DNA of 61,297 nucleotides, the filler included, from Catajapyx aquilonaris (taxonomy: Eukaryota): assembly GCA_000934665.2 (NCBI GenBank). It is 2 parts of 2 records of this genome, joined end to end, with 100 filler letters (N's around TTAATTAATTAA, not from the genome) between each part and the next. Parts side by side here need not be neighbours in the genome. Positions count along the whole stretch, not along the records: positions 30,578 to 61,297 come from JYFJ02004642.1; 1 more part is not named here. One strand, written 5' to 3'. Both the position numbers and the translations under genes were made by a program. Below are positions 38,239 through 51,186 of the stretch, piece by piece. Position 1 is the first letter of the stretch; every line of letters starts with the position of its first letter. The notes beneath the pieces were generated by a model. That model had not been told where the DNA came from. It saw only the letters and a program-made list of their open reading frames with translations, and ran no database searches.

Positions 38239-41200
38239 TTGGATTCCTGCATAGGTCGATGAGTAGTACATGTCACTAAATTTTGGTCAAGATTTGTCGG
38301 AAGGTGGCCCGCTTGACGTGGAATGCCTCATATATATTTTTTAATGTCCATTTAAATGGACATTTGGTCTCAGGTTGAAAAGAAAATTACCAGTTCTCTA
38401 CAGCAACAAAGATTGTCACAGACACATCTTTTTGTATTTCCTAATACACATTCCTTGCGAATCCCAGCACATTCACTGCATTGACAAAAATCGCACTCTA
38501 AGTATGAGGGAAAAAATATAACTTATCAAAAATGAGTACCTAGCTTCAGCAGCTGCACCCGCCATTTTCATGAGTGATTTAATTTTCGTGGCCAAAGTCA
38601 GCTATTCGACACTTGGTGGCTACACATTGAGGCCAGATTGTAATCATGGGATACCAACAGATTACAGTGCTGTTGACATCACTAGTTGGCGCCAATTTTT
38701 TTTTTTTGCTGATGTCAACATATGAAGACATCAGGTCTCAGGAGGATATAACTTACATGTATTCAATATCAGTAAATAAACCATGATAAATAATTTGGTG
38801 TTTGCAAAGACTGTGTCTTCTCAGTCACACGACTGACAGTCCAGTCCAGCATCTCAGAAGGGTTGGCTGAGATGTGTTTTGGCCAGAAAGTGTCCCAATG
38901 ATCATTTCCATTCCATGAGCTCAGTTAAGTTACATGTCTCTTGAGATGTAATTTTTAAAATTTGAATCTTGACTTCTCTGCAGAACAGTTTGGCTCTTAG
39001 GTATTACCCTTGGCACATGTATAGGACGAAGATGTTAATGCAGACCACTGCATCTGTCCAACAACACTTTAACAGTTCTTCCAGGTACGAGCAATCTCAA
39101 CTTAAATAAAAATAGTGTGGTTGCTTACCTATATTGCCGTCTTCTCGCATTAGCTAGTATGTTGTCAAAATACTTCTGCCAGCAGTCACTATGCATGACA
39201 TGTCCACAGGTGCTGGTCAACGTCCCACAGGATAAATCGGCTGGGAGATATAGGGGATTGCAACCCTTTGCATCACCCTTCTCTGTCCTGTTGCCTCCAC
39301 CATACCCTGCTCCTCCCTTCACTCCCTTTCCTTCATCAGCTTGCTCCATCCGTTTGGTTCTGTATTTGCATAAAATGGTAGATCTTTGCACATAGGCAGG
39401 CAGGACCAAACACCGGCCTATGGCACTCACACTCGCATCTTCTTGGCATAATATGCATGTATGGCTGAAATGATAAAATAAAGACTTGGTTGACACATGT
39501 TACCTCCTGCAGTTATGTGTGTAAAATACTAGCTGTAACTAAATTCTACTACCCATGAATCCACTAGTGGCATTTCTCCCATCTATTTTTAACAGTGAAT
39601 TTTTATCAATCTGCACACATTCTTTTGTCCACATATTAAAACATGTGAATTTTTTGTCTTCCCAGCAGAAAAAATAAAATCCTTTGTACTAGACAATGTC
39701 AAACACAAATGTCTTATGTGTATATTTTGCAGCTTCTCACATTCATGAGAATATCTCAAATTGTTGAGCTCTCAAGCAGTTATACTCACCATTGATCAAT
39801 GACCTGCCTTGGTGTCTGGTTTGGACCCAAGGCTACTTGTATCTCACATGCAACCTTGCTGACGTCCATAGCAGCGGAACCCCCCACAGATGGTGTGGCC
39901 CCCTGTTCCTTCTCAATGGCCTCAAACAACTCTGCATTCTCCTTCAAAAATGAATTCTGCATGGCAGTCATCTGAGCCATCATCTTGGCACCACTTGCTT
40001 TTGCCATTTCCTGCCTTACTAGCCTCTCTTTCTGAGGGTAGAAATGTAATAATCAACAAATGCACCCTACAAGCTCATGAACATATTGGAAGATCCCTAG
40101 TGCTCACGCTGATGGCCTCCTCATCCTCCTCCTGCAGCTTACACTTGGTGGTGTCAATGGGCACCTCCCTTCCAGTTTCTCCCATGGTCTTGGCTGTTCT
40201 AGCCGCCACCTGCCTGTACTTTGTTAGGGTCCAAGTGAGCAGATTCTTGCACGAGTCCACTTTCATGCTCCCCACTAGGGTTTCCATAAGATTTATCAGC
40301 CCCCATCTTTCTGCCTGTTCTGTGAAGACTACAAGTTGGGGAGTCTCTGTCTTTTCCCTCTTTTGCCGCTCCTCCTCATGCAGTGCATAGCCAATCAGAT
40401 GCAGGACAAGGTCAAACTGAACTTCTGAGAAGCTACTAGCACAGAGGATGTTTGCCCTGTGAGGTATGAAATAATAAAGTCAGCTTCGTTGTGTCATGCT
40501 AAAATCTAGTAAGAATACATCCTGCTTTTGACAGCTTCACATCCTAAAAAACTACTAAGCTTATTTAGGAGTAGCAACAGATCTCACCACTCAAGTATGA
40601 GTTTCATGAGGTGGAGCATAACATCACACTGGAGCAAGTTTGCCACCATCTTGAAGGATTCAGTGAAAGGTGGAAGTGGGGGAGGAGGGCAACACTCAAG
40701 TTCTCCTGCAGCCTTCCTCTTCTTGCATTGAGCTTCTTCGGACTTGGACTGCTCCTCCCGGGTGTAGTGGTAGAAAAACGGGTTGTACTGGAAATCATGC
40801 TCAGGCTTCAATTCATACACCCCTTTTTCATTGCCAATGATGGGTTTCCTGAAAACTGCTACCTCCTCTATAACATGTTCCAGCAGCATTACATGGTTGG
40901 CATCCTCTGGAAGCTTTTCAAGTAAGGCAGAGTGGGCCATAGGCTCAATACACAAAAGCTGTATTATCTCGTGCTTTACGCAATCCTCTTCCGTCACCTG
41001 GTAAAAATGTCCATAAACACAGCTTCAGGCAGAGAAATCAGGCACATTAAATTTATACTATTTTATTACATTTTGACTGTTGAAATTATGGAAATATAGG
41101 AGGAAAGATTAATCTTTTGATTTGAAGTTGTTCAGTGATTTCTTTGCCCCCCTTGATTTCAAATCAATGAGGTTTCATTTCATGCTATGGGATCAAATAG

Positions 41201-42005
41201 CAAAATCCAAGAGAAATAATGATCATCTTGACCAACCTTGCCCACTCCTGGCAACCACCTCTCTCCCACAACTCTGATGAGAAGTCGCAGCAGCTCCTCC
41301 ACTAGGATGATCACCTGCCTCACACTCTCCTCCTCAGAGATGTTGTTTAAGGAGGAAGTCTCAACGTCAGCCTTGGCCCAGTTCATTAGTCTAAACTTGT
41401 TGAGTAGGTGGATGAGAAATTCATTGCTCTCTATAAGGGAGGCTCCCATCTGTAGTACCATAGTGTCTCTGTCCAGCATCTCAAAGCGGCACTTCACATG
41501 ATGGTAAAAGTACAGTTGATTACAGAGGGAGTAGCCATTGCGGCGCCACATGCCTGCATGCGCCTGTGCCACCATCACCTATTTAAGAAATTGATTTGTT
41601 CACTCAGGTGGCCCTTTTTAGAGAGCATCTACTGCAAGGTTGAAGCAAAAGTCACAGGAGAAGTTCTGTAAGAGCCAATAATGCAAAGGAAGTAGGGGAG
41701 ACGGAGTGGCGCTGCGGTAACGTATGTGTCCACGGATGTTAAGGTCCCGAGTTCAATCCCCTTCATCTCGTGCAGAGTTAGGCCGTCTCTGGCTTCATCT
41801 CGGGTGGTATCTCCAATAGACAAACCACCCGGGGGAGTTCACAAAACGACCACACTTGAGACATTGCACTGCACCTTGTACATCCCCTCCTGCCACCCGG
41901 CCAGTGGGCCCGGGCGCTACGTTATCAAGTCCTGATGTGTACTAATGTATATGAGTAATAAAGGTCCATGCCATATAACTCGGAAGGAGTTCGTGCACTA
42001 CCTGG

Positions 42006-42043
<38 letters not shown>

Positions 42044-45000
42044 GCAAAGGAAGTACCTAGTTTTTCTCTTTGTGATTGATTCTCACAGCAACTTGACCAA
42101 TTATTCTGCTGAAACCTTGGAGTTGGGTTGTGAATTATGAATGCTTAACATCTCTTATTTGAAAATTACAAAGCTCATGATACAGACCTGAGTCCTGAGC
42201 ACTGGCTCCATGATTTGCTCAGGTGTGGGTTTGTCATCTCCATTAACAAATGATTCAAAAGTCAGCTCATGCTTTCCCAAGTGCAAGTGGAGTCCTCCTA
42301 ACATACGAGTCAGTGGAAGATAAATGGACACTGGCTTGGATGAGATGTCATATTCAATGCAAGCAGCACAGTGGGCAGCCAGTTCGCATACAACTCCTGG
42401 GTGACTCATTTCAGTTCCATAGCAGCCATTCAGCTTCTTCAGAGTGCACCTTCAAGAATTACAGAAACTGAATTAGACCATGCCGTTCAAAGCAATACAT
42501 CTCTGAAATTTAGGGATGGGTTGACAGCATTAAATCATGCTGTAGTAACAAGCTTACTGATCTCTTTTTCTAATGCTAATTATCTTTTCCTGAAAACAAA
42601 GAATTTCCCTAAATATATGGGTCATTCCATGTCAGTTGGGCCCCCTTTGTACCCTTGATGTGGCGGATTGGAATGATATTCACAGGTTATGGTGACCTAG
42701 CGCTGCTAAAACATTGTACCAAAGTGTTTTGAAATTTTTTGATTTTTACCTGTTTTTTGGGGGGTGGGGCGATTCCAGGACAGTTCATGCAAAATAAAAT
42801 TGAAAGTTCACCCTCTATTTTTTAATGTTAATGAAATTTGGTACGATAATTCTCCAACAGGAATAGAGCACATCAAATTTTTTTACATAAATACGTTCAT
42901 TAGGTCGCACGTAATTAAATGGGCAAAAAACCCGTAAAAGTTGCAAACACGTCGACAAATGACCCTATATCTCGTTAACTGCATAGCCCACCGTTACATG
43001 TGATGTATGTACGTGTTGGGCAAGATGAAAGGATTTCGATCATTGAATTTTCAAATTTTTTGAATCGAAATGACGGCATGTTATGTAGAGTTCAAAGTTT
43101 AAAAACAAAATATTCGCTATCGCGACGCCTCCTTCGGCTTTTAAAAAATATGTCCCGTAATACGTACTGGATTCTTCATTTTTCGCCGATTTTTTCGGAG
43201 TGGGCCCTCCATTAGTTCCGGCGTAATAAAATGAAACAGATCGGTCATATGAACGGTGATGTCACGGCTGGGATGGAGGGATGCAGGGGTGGCATAACGG
43301 TGCTTTTTGGTTGCCGGTTGACCTTGAAGAGTACGCATTATGAACTTCTAATACCCTTCAATCAGTCTGCAAACCCTTAAAAAGGCACCTGTTATTGCCC
43401 TGGAAAATAATGTTACGCGCTAGGCGGCATGTTGGCAGGCAGCCTCCGTCCAAAAAGCAACGTAATGCCACCCCTGCATCCAGCCGTCCCAGGAGTGACG
43501 TCACTCAGCGTACACCGTTCATATGCCCGATCTGTTTCATTTTATTATGCCGGAACTAATGGAGGGCCCACTCCGGAAAAATCGGCGAAAAATGAAGAAT
43601 CCAATACGTATTACGGGACATATTTTTTAAAAGCCGAAGGAGGCGTCGCGATAGCGAATATTTCGCTTTTAAACTTTGAACTCTGCATAACATGCCGTCA
43701 TTTCGATTCAAAAAATTTGAAAATTCAATGATCGAAATCCTTTCATCTTGCCCAACACGTACATACATCACATGTAACGGTGGGCTACGCAGTTAACGAG
43801 ATATAGGGTTATTTGTCCACGTGTTTGCAACTTTTACGGGTTTTTGCCCATTTAATTACGTGCGACCTAATGAACGTATTTATGTAAAAAAATTTGATAT
43901 GTGCTCTATTCCTGTTGGAGAATTATCGTACCAAATTTCATTAACATTAAAAAATAGAGGGTGAAGTCCTTTGCATGATCTCTCATGGAATTGCCCGGTG
44001 GTAATTATTTTGAGCCTTTTCTTTGAGAGCCATTTTTCTTTTGGCTGTTTCTCCGCAACTAATCGTGAGACAGATGTGCTTTTGATATCAATTTACTCAG
44101 AAAGGTTGATATAATCATATTCTATGGTTCATTTAAAAATTTTAAATATTTGCGTTAAAAAGATTGAAATTGCAAATTTTAAACATTTAATTTTTAAAAT
44201 TATTGTACTTTATTTTTCGCTGGTTTTCACGTATGTTGTAGCCCTACATGTGAACTACATGTGGTGATATCAGTCCTGTTGGCTAGTATAATACTAAGGA
44301 AGATTGGGCCTCTTCAGTGAGACCCCCTCCATATATGTCGTCATTATGATGGGTACACCCAACATGCAAATAGCCCCACCTTGCTCAGTGCAAATGTTGA
44401 TATTCAAGTTGGGATGATCACTGGTGAGAGTACGGCACATGTAAGACTCCTTTGGTAGCCCACACCCCCCTCCCCAAGCAAACCCATGCCTCCCACCCCA
44501 CAAACACAAATTGATTTGTCAGTTTGGACACTTCATGTGGCGGATTTTTATGATTTTCTGGGTTTTCGATGACACAGCGATGCTAAAACATTGTACCAAA
44601 GCGTTTTAAAAAATATTGATTTTTTCCGATATTTGGGGGAGTGAAAATTTCATTACAGACTCTTCTTGTTTTGGCTTTTTCTCTGGAACTAATCAAGATA
44701 CAGAAGTGAATTTGGTGTCATTGTACTCAGAAATACTGGTAGAAGCGTACGCCATGGTAAAATGTGAAATTTAAATTTTGTTTGTTAAAAATGTTTAAAT
44801 TTCAAAATCGAAACATTAAATATTTTAAATTATACCCCTTTATTTTTCGCTGGTCTTGAGTTATGTTGTAGCCCTATATGTGGTCTACATGTGTGCACAA
44901 CAGTCATGTTGGCTAGTCTCATATTACGGGAGATTTCGCCTCTCAAGTGAGACACCCTCCGAATGATGTCAATACCCAATATGCGAATCCTCTCGACTTA

Positions 45001-48000
45001 TTCAGCGCAAATGTCTGCTGGTGAATTGCACAGCTCAAGTCTCATTTGGTAACCGGGCTACCAAAGGAGTCTTACATGTGTCGTACTCTCACCAGTGATC
45101 ATCCCAACTTGAATATCAACATTTGCACTGAGCAAGGTGGGGCAATTTGCATGTTGGGTGTACCCATCATAATGACGACATATATGGAGGGGGTCTCACT
45201 TAAGAGGCCCGATCTTCCTTAGAATTATACTAGCCAACAGGACTGATATCACTACATGTAGTTCACATGTAGGGCTACAACATACGTGAAAACCAGCGAA
45301 AAATAAAGTACACTAATTTTAAAAATTAAATGTTTAAAATTTGCAATTTCAATCTTTTTAACGCAAAAATTTAAAATTTTAAAATTAACCATAGAATACG
45401 ATTATATCAACCTTTCTGAGTAAATTGATATCAAAAGCACTTCTGTCTCACGATTAGTTACGGAGAAACAGCCAAAAGAAAAATGGCTCGCAAAGAAAAG
45501 GCTCAAAATTACCGCCCCCCAAAAAACGGGTAAAAATCAAAAGATTTCAAAACGCTTTGGTACAATGTTTTAGCAGCCATAACCTGTGAATATCATTCCA
45601 ATCCGCCACATCAAGGGTACAAAGGGGGCCCAACTGACATGGAATGACCCATATGGATTTGACAAGAACAAAGGGGATCATACTTATATGCAATCCACAG
45701 AACAGTCTTGTTTGTGCTACACCATTCCAGCATCAGGGAGGTGACAGATGACACATGTAAGTGCAAAGTTAATGCTTCTTTCCAATTAGGCTCGAATTCC
45801 AGGTGCTGGCCCACCTGACGCACCACTGAGTTCATTCCCTAGGATTCAAAGAGAGCAACTTGTTTTTCATATATGCCAGAGCAGAGATAAGCAATTTTTA
45901 AAGACTAAGAGCTATGCAAGCATTTTGCAAATCAGCATGCATCACTTATGTCCCTTCAAGTCCAAATACAGGGTGTCCCACAAATTACGCTATCCAGAAT
46001 TACATTAATAACTATAACACAAATGAAGATATTGCAACGGAATTTGAACTCAAGCAACCTCAACATGTGAGAAAGGAATTGGAATGGGTCTGGCAAATGT
46101 GGGTGCTGTAATACTGACGCTGGAGCGACGAATCGGCCAGACGACACCTGAGCAGTGGCACTGGATATTTTCAACAGGACGGGGTGACATGCGACACATC
46201 ACATGTCAGCATGGCCGAAATAAAGTCCTTCTTCGGCGACCGAGTCATTTCGAAGGGGTTGTGGCCACCGCTGTCGCCCGATCTTACACCACCTGATTAC
46301 TTCTTATGGGGCTTTCTGAAAGGAAGAGTGTACCGCAACAATCCACGGTCCATCCAGGCCTTGAAGGACAACATCGTCCAGGAAATTCAGGCAGTACCGC
46401 AGGATAATAATTATGCTGGCCAGAAGATTCCAACATATGTCGCGCCATGTTGAGACCTGCCTGGCCAATAATGGTGGCCATTTCCAACACATGTTGTGAT
46501 GCCATTTCAAATCACACATCACAAGGTTAGTTCAGTTCAAATGTCGTTGCAATATCTTCATTTGTGTTGATGTTATGGAAGTAATTCTGGGTAGCGTAAT
46601 TTGTGGGATACCCTGTACAAGCAGCATTTATGGTTGCTAAGATGTACAATAAAAATATGTGCATTAGGATTATGTAACATGAGGATGTGCAGTTAGTATG
46701 AATGCCTAATTTCAAAGGCCAAGTTACCTGCATCCATGACAGCAAGTTCAACTGCAAGGAAAATCCCTTCAAGAATCCCTTCTCCAGTGCAGGAGTCCAC
46801 TGCTCTGGCTTGGAGCTCAAAAGATACTTCAGGTCAAAAACAACATACTGCACGCGCTCAAAGGTTTTAGCCTCTGAACCCAGATGGTGATCAAACTCCA
46901 TCTTGCCAGCATCATTGCACTTCCGTTTGCACTCTGACAGGAAGGTCCTAAGCAGATGTGTTAGAACATCCTCATCTGATATAAGGTAGTGGGCTAGGGT
47001 TGTCACAGTGAAAATCTGCACTGATAAAGATGTAACAGAGAGGGAGTAATCAAGGTCATCGGTGATGAAGTTCTTCATTAGCTCAATGTACTTCTTAGTA
47101 AACATCTTGGCAAATGACTTCTTGCTGTCATACTCCTTAAGCATACCAGTAATGAACAGGTGGTGCCAGTGGTACCGAACCATCTTCCAAAGCTGTGTGT
47201 CACACATGAGTATGCGTTCAAGAATGGACCTGTCCTGTGCTTCAGCCTGAAGCATTATCTCTGAGTAGAGCACTCTGAATCCTTCAGAATGGGCTAGGAT
47301 CTTTTGAAGCCAAACAAGAAGTCTCAGTGCAAAAGTCTGATGAGCCAACACATGGCTGGGAAACACAAGCACTTTCAGAGCTTTGAAACCATATCGAGAT
47401 GTTCGCCGTTCAATAATTCTTTTCATGTTACTGCATTTCTTATATGTGGAACATAGAATCAGACTCCGCCCTTCACTGTCAATCATGGTGGCAATGTCGA
47501 TGGCATCCTTCTGTGTGCACTTGATTGCCCCACATAATGTGTTTATAACTAGTTCATTAGTATGGCTTTTATCATTATCATCATACAGAAGAGTACAATA
47601 ATTTTCGGGCATGTAATCTAAATCGAAAGAATCTTTATCTGAATCCCTCAGTTGCAGGTCCCATGGTAGTGACATGGTTCCTTCAGTCGTTGTAAAAAGG
47701 AAATAAGCATATTCCATCATATGAACAAAAATTGCTCTAGTCCGTTCGGCTACATCTGATGGAAGTGTCTTTGCCTGCTCCTCACCCCTAGGGCCTGCTA
47801 AGTGGCGGCTGCAACAATGATCCACTTTCCATGCCTCAGAATCCCCACAGTCACAGTACCCACTACCCTAAAATGCATGGAAAATATAAGCAAAATAAGA
47901 ATAAAATAACTTACTGCATATAGATTCACATTAAATGTCTTCCTCATTGATAGATTACCCCTATAAATATATTTTAATGGTGTACTTAGGGCAATTTATT

Positions 48001-48513
48001 TAACACTTTCAAAAGTACCGGTACTGTACTTACTTGAGCTGTTCTCATCTTGTACTTATGCTGCCTGTGTGGCGAGTTTCTGAAGCAATCTGCACACAAC
48101 ACACAGGTTGGATCTGTGCCACAATCTCTGCAGCTGTATATTGGTTCTCCCACTTTGAAAATATGACCACACAGGGTAGGTGAGTTGCTGATCTGGTTCA
48201 AGCCGTGAAATACTGCCTGTGGCTCTCCATTGCAGATAAACTGCTCCAGGGGGTCATACAAAATCCGCTGTGCCTTTTCCTCATCATAGGTAAGGTGGAA
48301 GCAATTGAGACTGAGCTCTGGGGAATATATGCGGGGCACATGCTGCCTCCAGTACTCTATAAAGTCAGCACTACAGAGGGTGCCCCTGGCCAATTTTTCC
48401 ATCCACACTGACACGATGTCTATGTGGCCACCACTGGTAGCTATGCCACCTGGGATCGGCTCTAAACTCATATCACTTAGGGGGCCACTGCAGTCATTGT
48501 CACATTCTGCCAT
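34270..48513 (-). CDS. UBR1: E3 ubiquitin ligase UBR1/UBR2-like N-recognin, 1805 aa; exons 48513-48034, 47867-46728, 45838-45684, 42449-42188, 41578-41237, 40997-40588, 40456-40108, 40031-39790, 39464-39129, 37652-37463, 37322-37188, 37003-35966, 35259-35121, 34469-34270
   Basis: All 13 introns are GT-AG and phase-compatible; summed CDS 5418 nt; UBR box (CGHIFKVGEPIYSCRDCGTDPTCVLCADCF...GYCDCGDSEAW), ClpS-like region, AGMWRRNG, YNPFFYHY, RING-H2 (CILCQE...CGHVMHSDC...YLCPLC), C-terminal PYLDDYGETD.GLRRG; AATAAA on the minus strand at ~34049-34054. The start Met is inferred; the frame stays open to the acceptor at 48553. Confidence 0.93.
34585..35007. mobile_element. Tc1/mariner MITE in the last UBR intron
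   Basis: TA|cagggtgtttgtgaatcgaccagtcagacctgtacc ... ggtacaggtctgactggtcgattcacgaacacccgg|TA. Confidence 0.85.
35326..35786. mobile_element. Palindromic MITE in UBR intron 12
   Basis: cagggagcatatactacataagaggcgcaaac vs gtttgcgcctcttatgtagtatatgctccctg; arms cover almost the whole element. Confidence 0.85.
38176..38238. repeat. (TAA)n microsatellite
   Basis: Read directly from the sequence. Confidence 0.95.
41695..42041 (+). mobile_element. tRNA-Arg-like SINE with (ATT)n tail in UBR intron 4
   Basis: A/B boxes; perfect 14-bp TSD atgcaaaggaagta. Confidence 0.92.
42619..45650. mobile_element. 3-kb foldback DNA transposon (Sola2-like termini) in UBR intron 3
   Basis: ATAT|GGGTCATTCCATGTCAGTTGGG ... 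CCCAACTGACATGGAATGACCC|ATAT (4-bp TSD, GRG end); contains two further long inverted-repeat pairs; no recognisable ORF. Confidence 0.85.
45969..46615 (+). mobile_element. Deleted Tc1/mariner element in UBR intron 2
   Basis: TA|CAGGGTGTCCCACAAATTACGCTA ... TAGCGTAATTTGTGGGATACCCTG|TA; remnant FQQDG...WPPLSPDLTPPDYFLWGFLKGRVY. Confidence 0.92.
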
Positions 48514-49069
48514 TATTCGACTAAATTCTACTTTGGGTGTACCACCTGTTAATCTGCAAAGAAAAGAAACATGCCTGTTAATATGCAGCAAGTGCTGGGA
48601 ATCCTGGCAAATAGACTTAAGTTTGAAACTGAATTTTCCAAGTCATGACCTCACTGTTCATGACCACCTGTGTGGTTAGCATTGCCAATTTAATTTATAA
48701 TTCACTTAAAAGTAATTTTTCCCATTACACTTTGTACACCTGAAGCATAATTTATGCACACCCATCAAATTTACACTTTTCTTGCTAATAAGGACCTGCT
48801 GTTTCATTACAGGCAAAATTAATTAAATTAATCCCTACCCCCTTTAAAAAAAAAATCACCAACAAAAATCCTTGAAATCCCCCATAAATATGTGTCACGG
48901 GGAAATTGCACAGAAGAGGTGTGCCATGCTTCCAATATTACCCACTCAAAGTGCCCACTCACCCATCCATTCAGTAATATACTCAACTGTATTGTTTTTC
49001 CCCTATTGCACGCTCTTGCAACAAGTACATTGTTGTAAATGTTTTGAGCAATGCACAAGTTTTTTATTG

Positions 49070-49445
49070 TTATTTTTTATTATTATTATTAAAAAAAATT
49101 TAAAACCCCGTGATAGGGCCAGAGTTATAGGGGGGGGGGGGGNGGGGGGGTGGAATACCATTATTTTTCCTTCAATATTTCTGCTTTTTCTTCTAACTCC
49201 AGTGCAAGGATGAAAGGACATGGGGTAAGGAAAGGGATTTTTTGGGGAGGGGACACAGGTCCAAGTGCATTGTCGGAAAGGGGTCATGTGCAGTCCACCA
49301 GAAGCCTAGGTTTCCAAGACTCCTTCTTAGGCGTGGGCAGAGACCCACTGACACAGGCGGAAGGGAAATCCCGGGCGGGGATCGAACCCGGGACCTTCCG
49401 CTCAGCAAGCCGAGACAATACCATCTCGGCCACCACGCCTTCCCC
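49070..49445 (-). mobile_element. tRNA-derived SINE, family 2
   Basis: Minus head ggggaaggcgtggtggccgagatgg...gggttcgatcccc; similar to the copies at 14486 and 51670. Confidence 0.85.
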
Positions 49446-49753
49446 GCAATGCACTAGTTGAAAATGTCATTTACCATCACAAATATGTTGCAACACCTTT
49501 TGCCCACCATTTAATTTCCATTTGTTCTATGTATGCAGTGTGCAAGCAATGCAACTTGACACCAACCTTATGGAGGTAACAACTTAATTGCTATTATAAA
49601 AAACTGCATTCATACAATTATTATTATTATTAGGCCTATTAACAGCAGCCATTTCTTTAGTTAAGGCATTGAACTTAAAGCCACATGACAAGGCAAAGCA
49701 AAAACACAGAGCCATTACAAATGTGCTGCATTCCCCATTCTCTCGCTGAAGTA

Positions 49754-50520
49754 TTAGCGTATCCGGAAAGTAAGGTCCGTTATTTATTTTAAAAACCACA
49801 ATGCACCCCCAAAAATTTTATTTACACATCTGAAATCGACAACTGTGTACCTTTTTTTCAAAATAGTTTCCAAACAAATCAAGGCATTTTTCATTGAGTT
49901 GCACAAGATTTTGTGGGCCTATGTCATAGAGTTTGCCTCCAGCCATTTCTCCTATCCCTGAACACTGATGGATTGCAACTCCTTGTCATGGTCAACGTTC
50001 TGCTATGCAAGCCATTTCTCCCTGTTCATGGACAGGTGGTAATCGCTAGGCTCTAAATCCTGGGTGATCGAACAATTCACACTTGAATTGTTACAGCAGG
50101 GTTCCAGTAAGCAAGCACAGGCAGTAGGCAGGTGGGTATTGTCGTGCAAGAAAAACACCAAGAACTCAACATGCTGCTACACAATAATTCAAGTGCGAAT
50201 TGTTCGATCACCCGGGATTTAGAGCCTAGCGATTACCACCTGTCCATGAACAGGGAGAAATGGCTTGCATGGCAGAAGGTTGACCATGACGAGGAGTTGC
50301 AATCCAGCGTTCAGGGATAGCAGAAATGGCTGGCAGCAGACTCTATGACATAGGCCCACAAAATCTTGTGTAACTCAATGAAAAATGCCTTGATTTGTTT
50401 GGAAACTATTTTGAAAAAAAAGGTAGACAGTTGTCGATTTCAGATGTGTAAATGAAAATTTTGGGGGCGCATTGTGGTTTTTAAAATAAATAACGGACTT
50501 TACTTTCCGGATACGCTGAG
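49754..50520. mobile_element. Mariner-derived foldback element made of two inverted 3' ends
   Basis: ~350-bp near-identical inverted arms (agcgtatccggaaagtaa...); the arm encodes DLEPSDYHL...DEELQSSV (mariner SPDLAPSDYHLF region). Confidence 0.88.
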
Positions 50521-50719
50521 TACTTGTAAACTATTCACATCTTGACCTGTACCATGATCTTGTGGCTCTGTGGATATGATTCTAAGAAGATAGCATTGGG
50601 AAGTCAACAACCCTAACAAAACTCATGGTTATACTAATAATAATTAAATGTATGCCTAATGTAATCTTAGGTAACTTATATCAAGAGCTAAGTAATCCGT
50701 ACGTGACACCCGCTTGCTA

Positions 50720-51186
50720 GGGTCAGGGCTAGAATCTCCAAATCTGGAGGCCTCTGTGGTGTTCCAATATGGTCACTCTCCTCCAGGACATTAGCGCTAA
50801 ACAACTCCACATCAGTTATGTCACGTGTTTCATTTACATGTGCAATTAGGGACATTCCCTGATCGGCCAGGATGCAGGTTTAATGTCTTGGGCTGAAGTA
50901 TGCCTAACCTGTTCTGGGGTGTGACTGGTATTATCCCCACTCTTAGCAATGCTATCTAAAACCCCTTAACGCCACCACTATTTACCCCCTGTGGATTTGA
51001 ATCCTCTGAAACAGTACGTATATGTGGTAATGCAAGCATACTTTTATTCATGGCCAGCAGGAGGGTCAGGGCTAGAATCTCAAAATCTGGAGGCCTCTGC
51101 GGTGATGAAATGTGGTGACTCTCCTCCAGGACGATAGCACAAAACAACTCCACATCGGTCATGTCACGTGTTTCACTTACATGTGT
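50720..51186 (-). repeat. Direct duplication of ~125 bp (50720-50843 vs 51062-51186)
   Basis: agggtcagggctagaatctc.aaatctggaggcctctg...acaactccacatc...atgtcacgtgtttca.ttacatgtg in both copies. Confidence 0.8.

Noticed and set aside
43000..43771. Near-identical 71-aa ORFs on opposite strands
   Set aside because: A by-product of the inverted repeat arms; no protein motif
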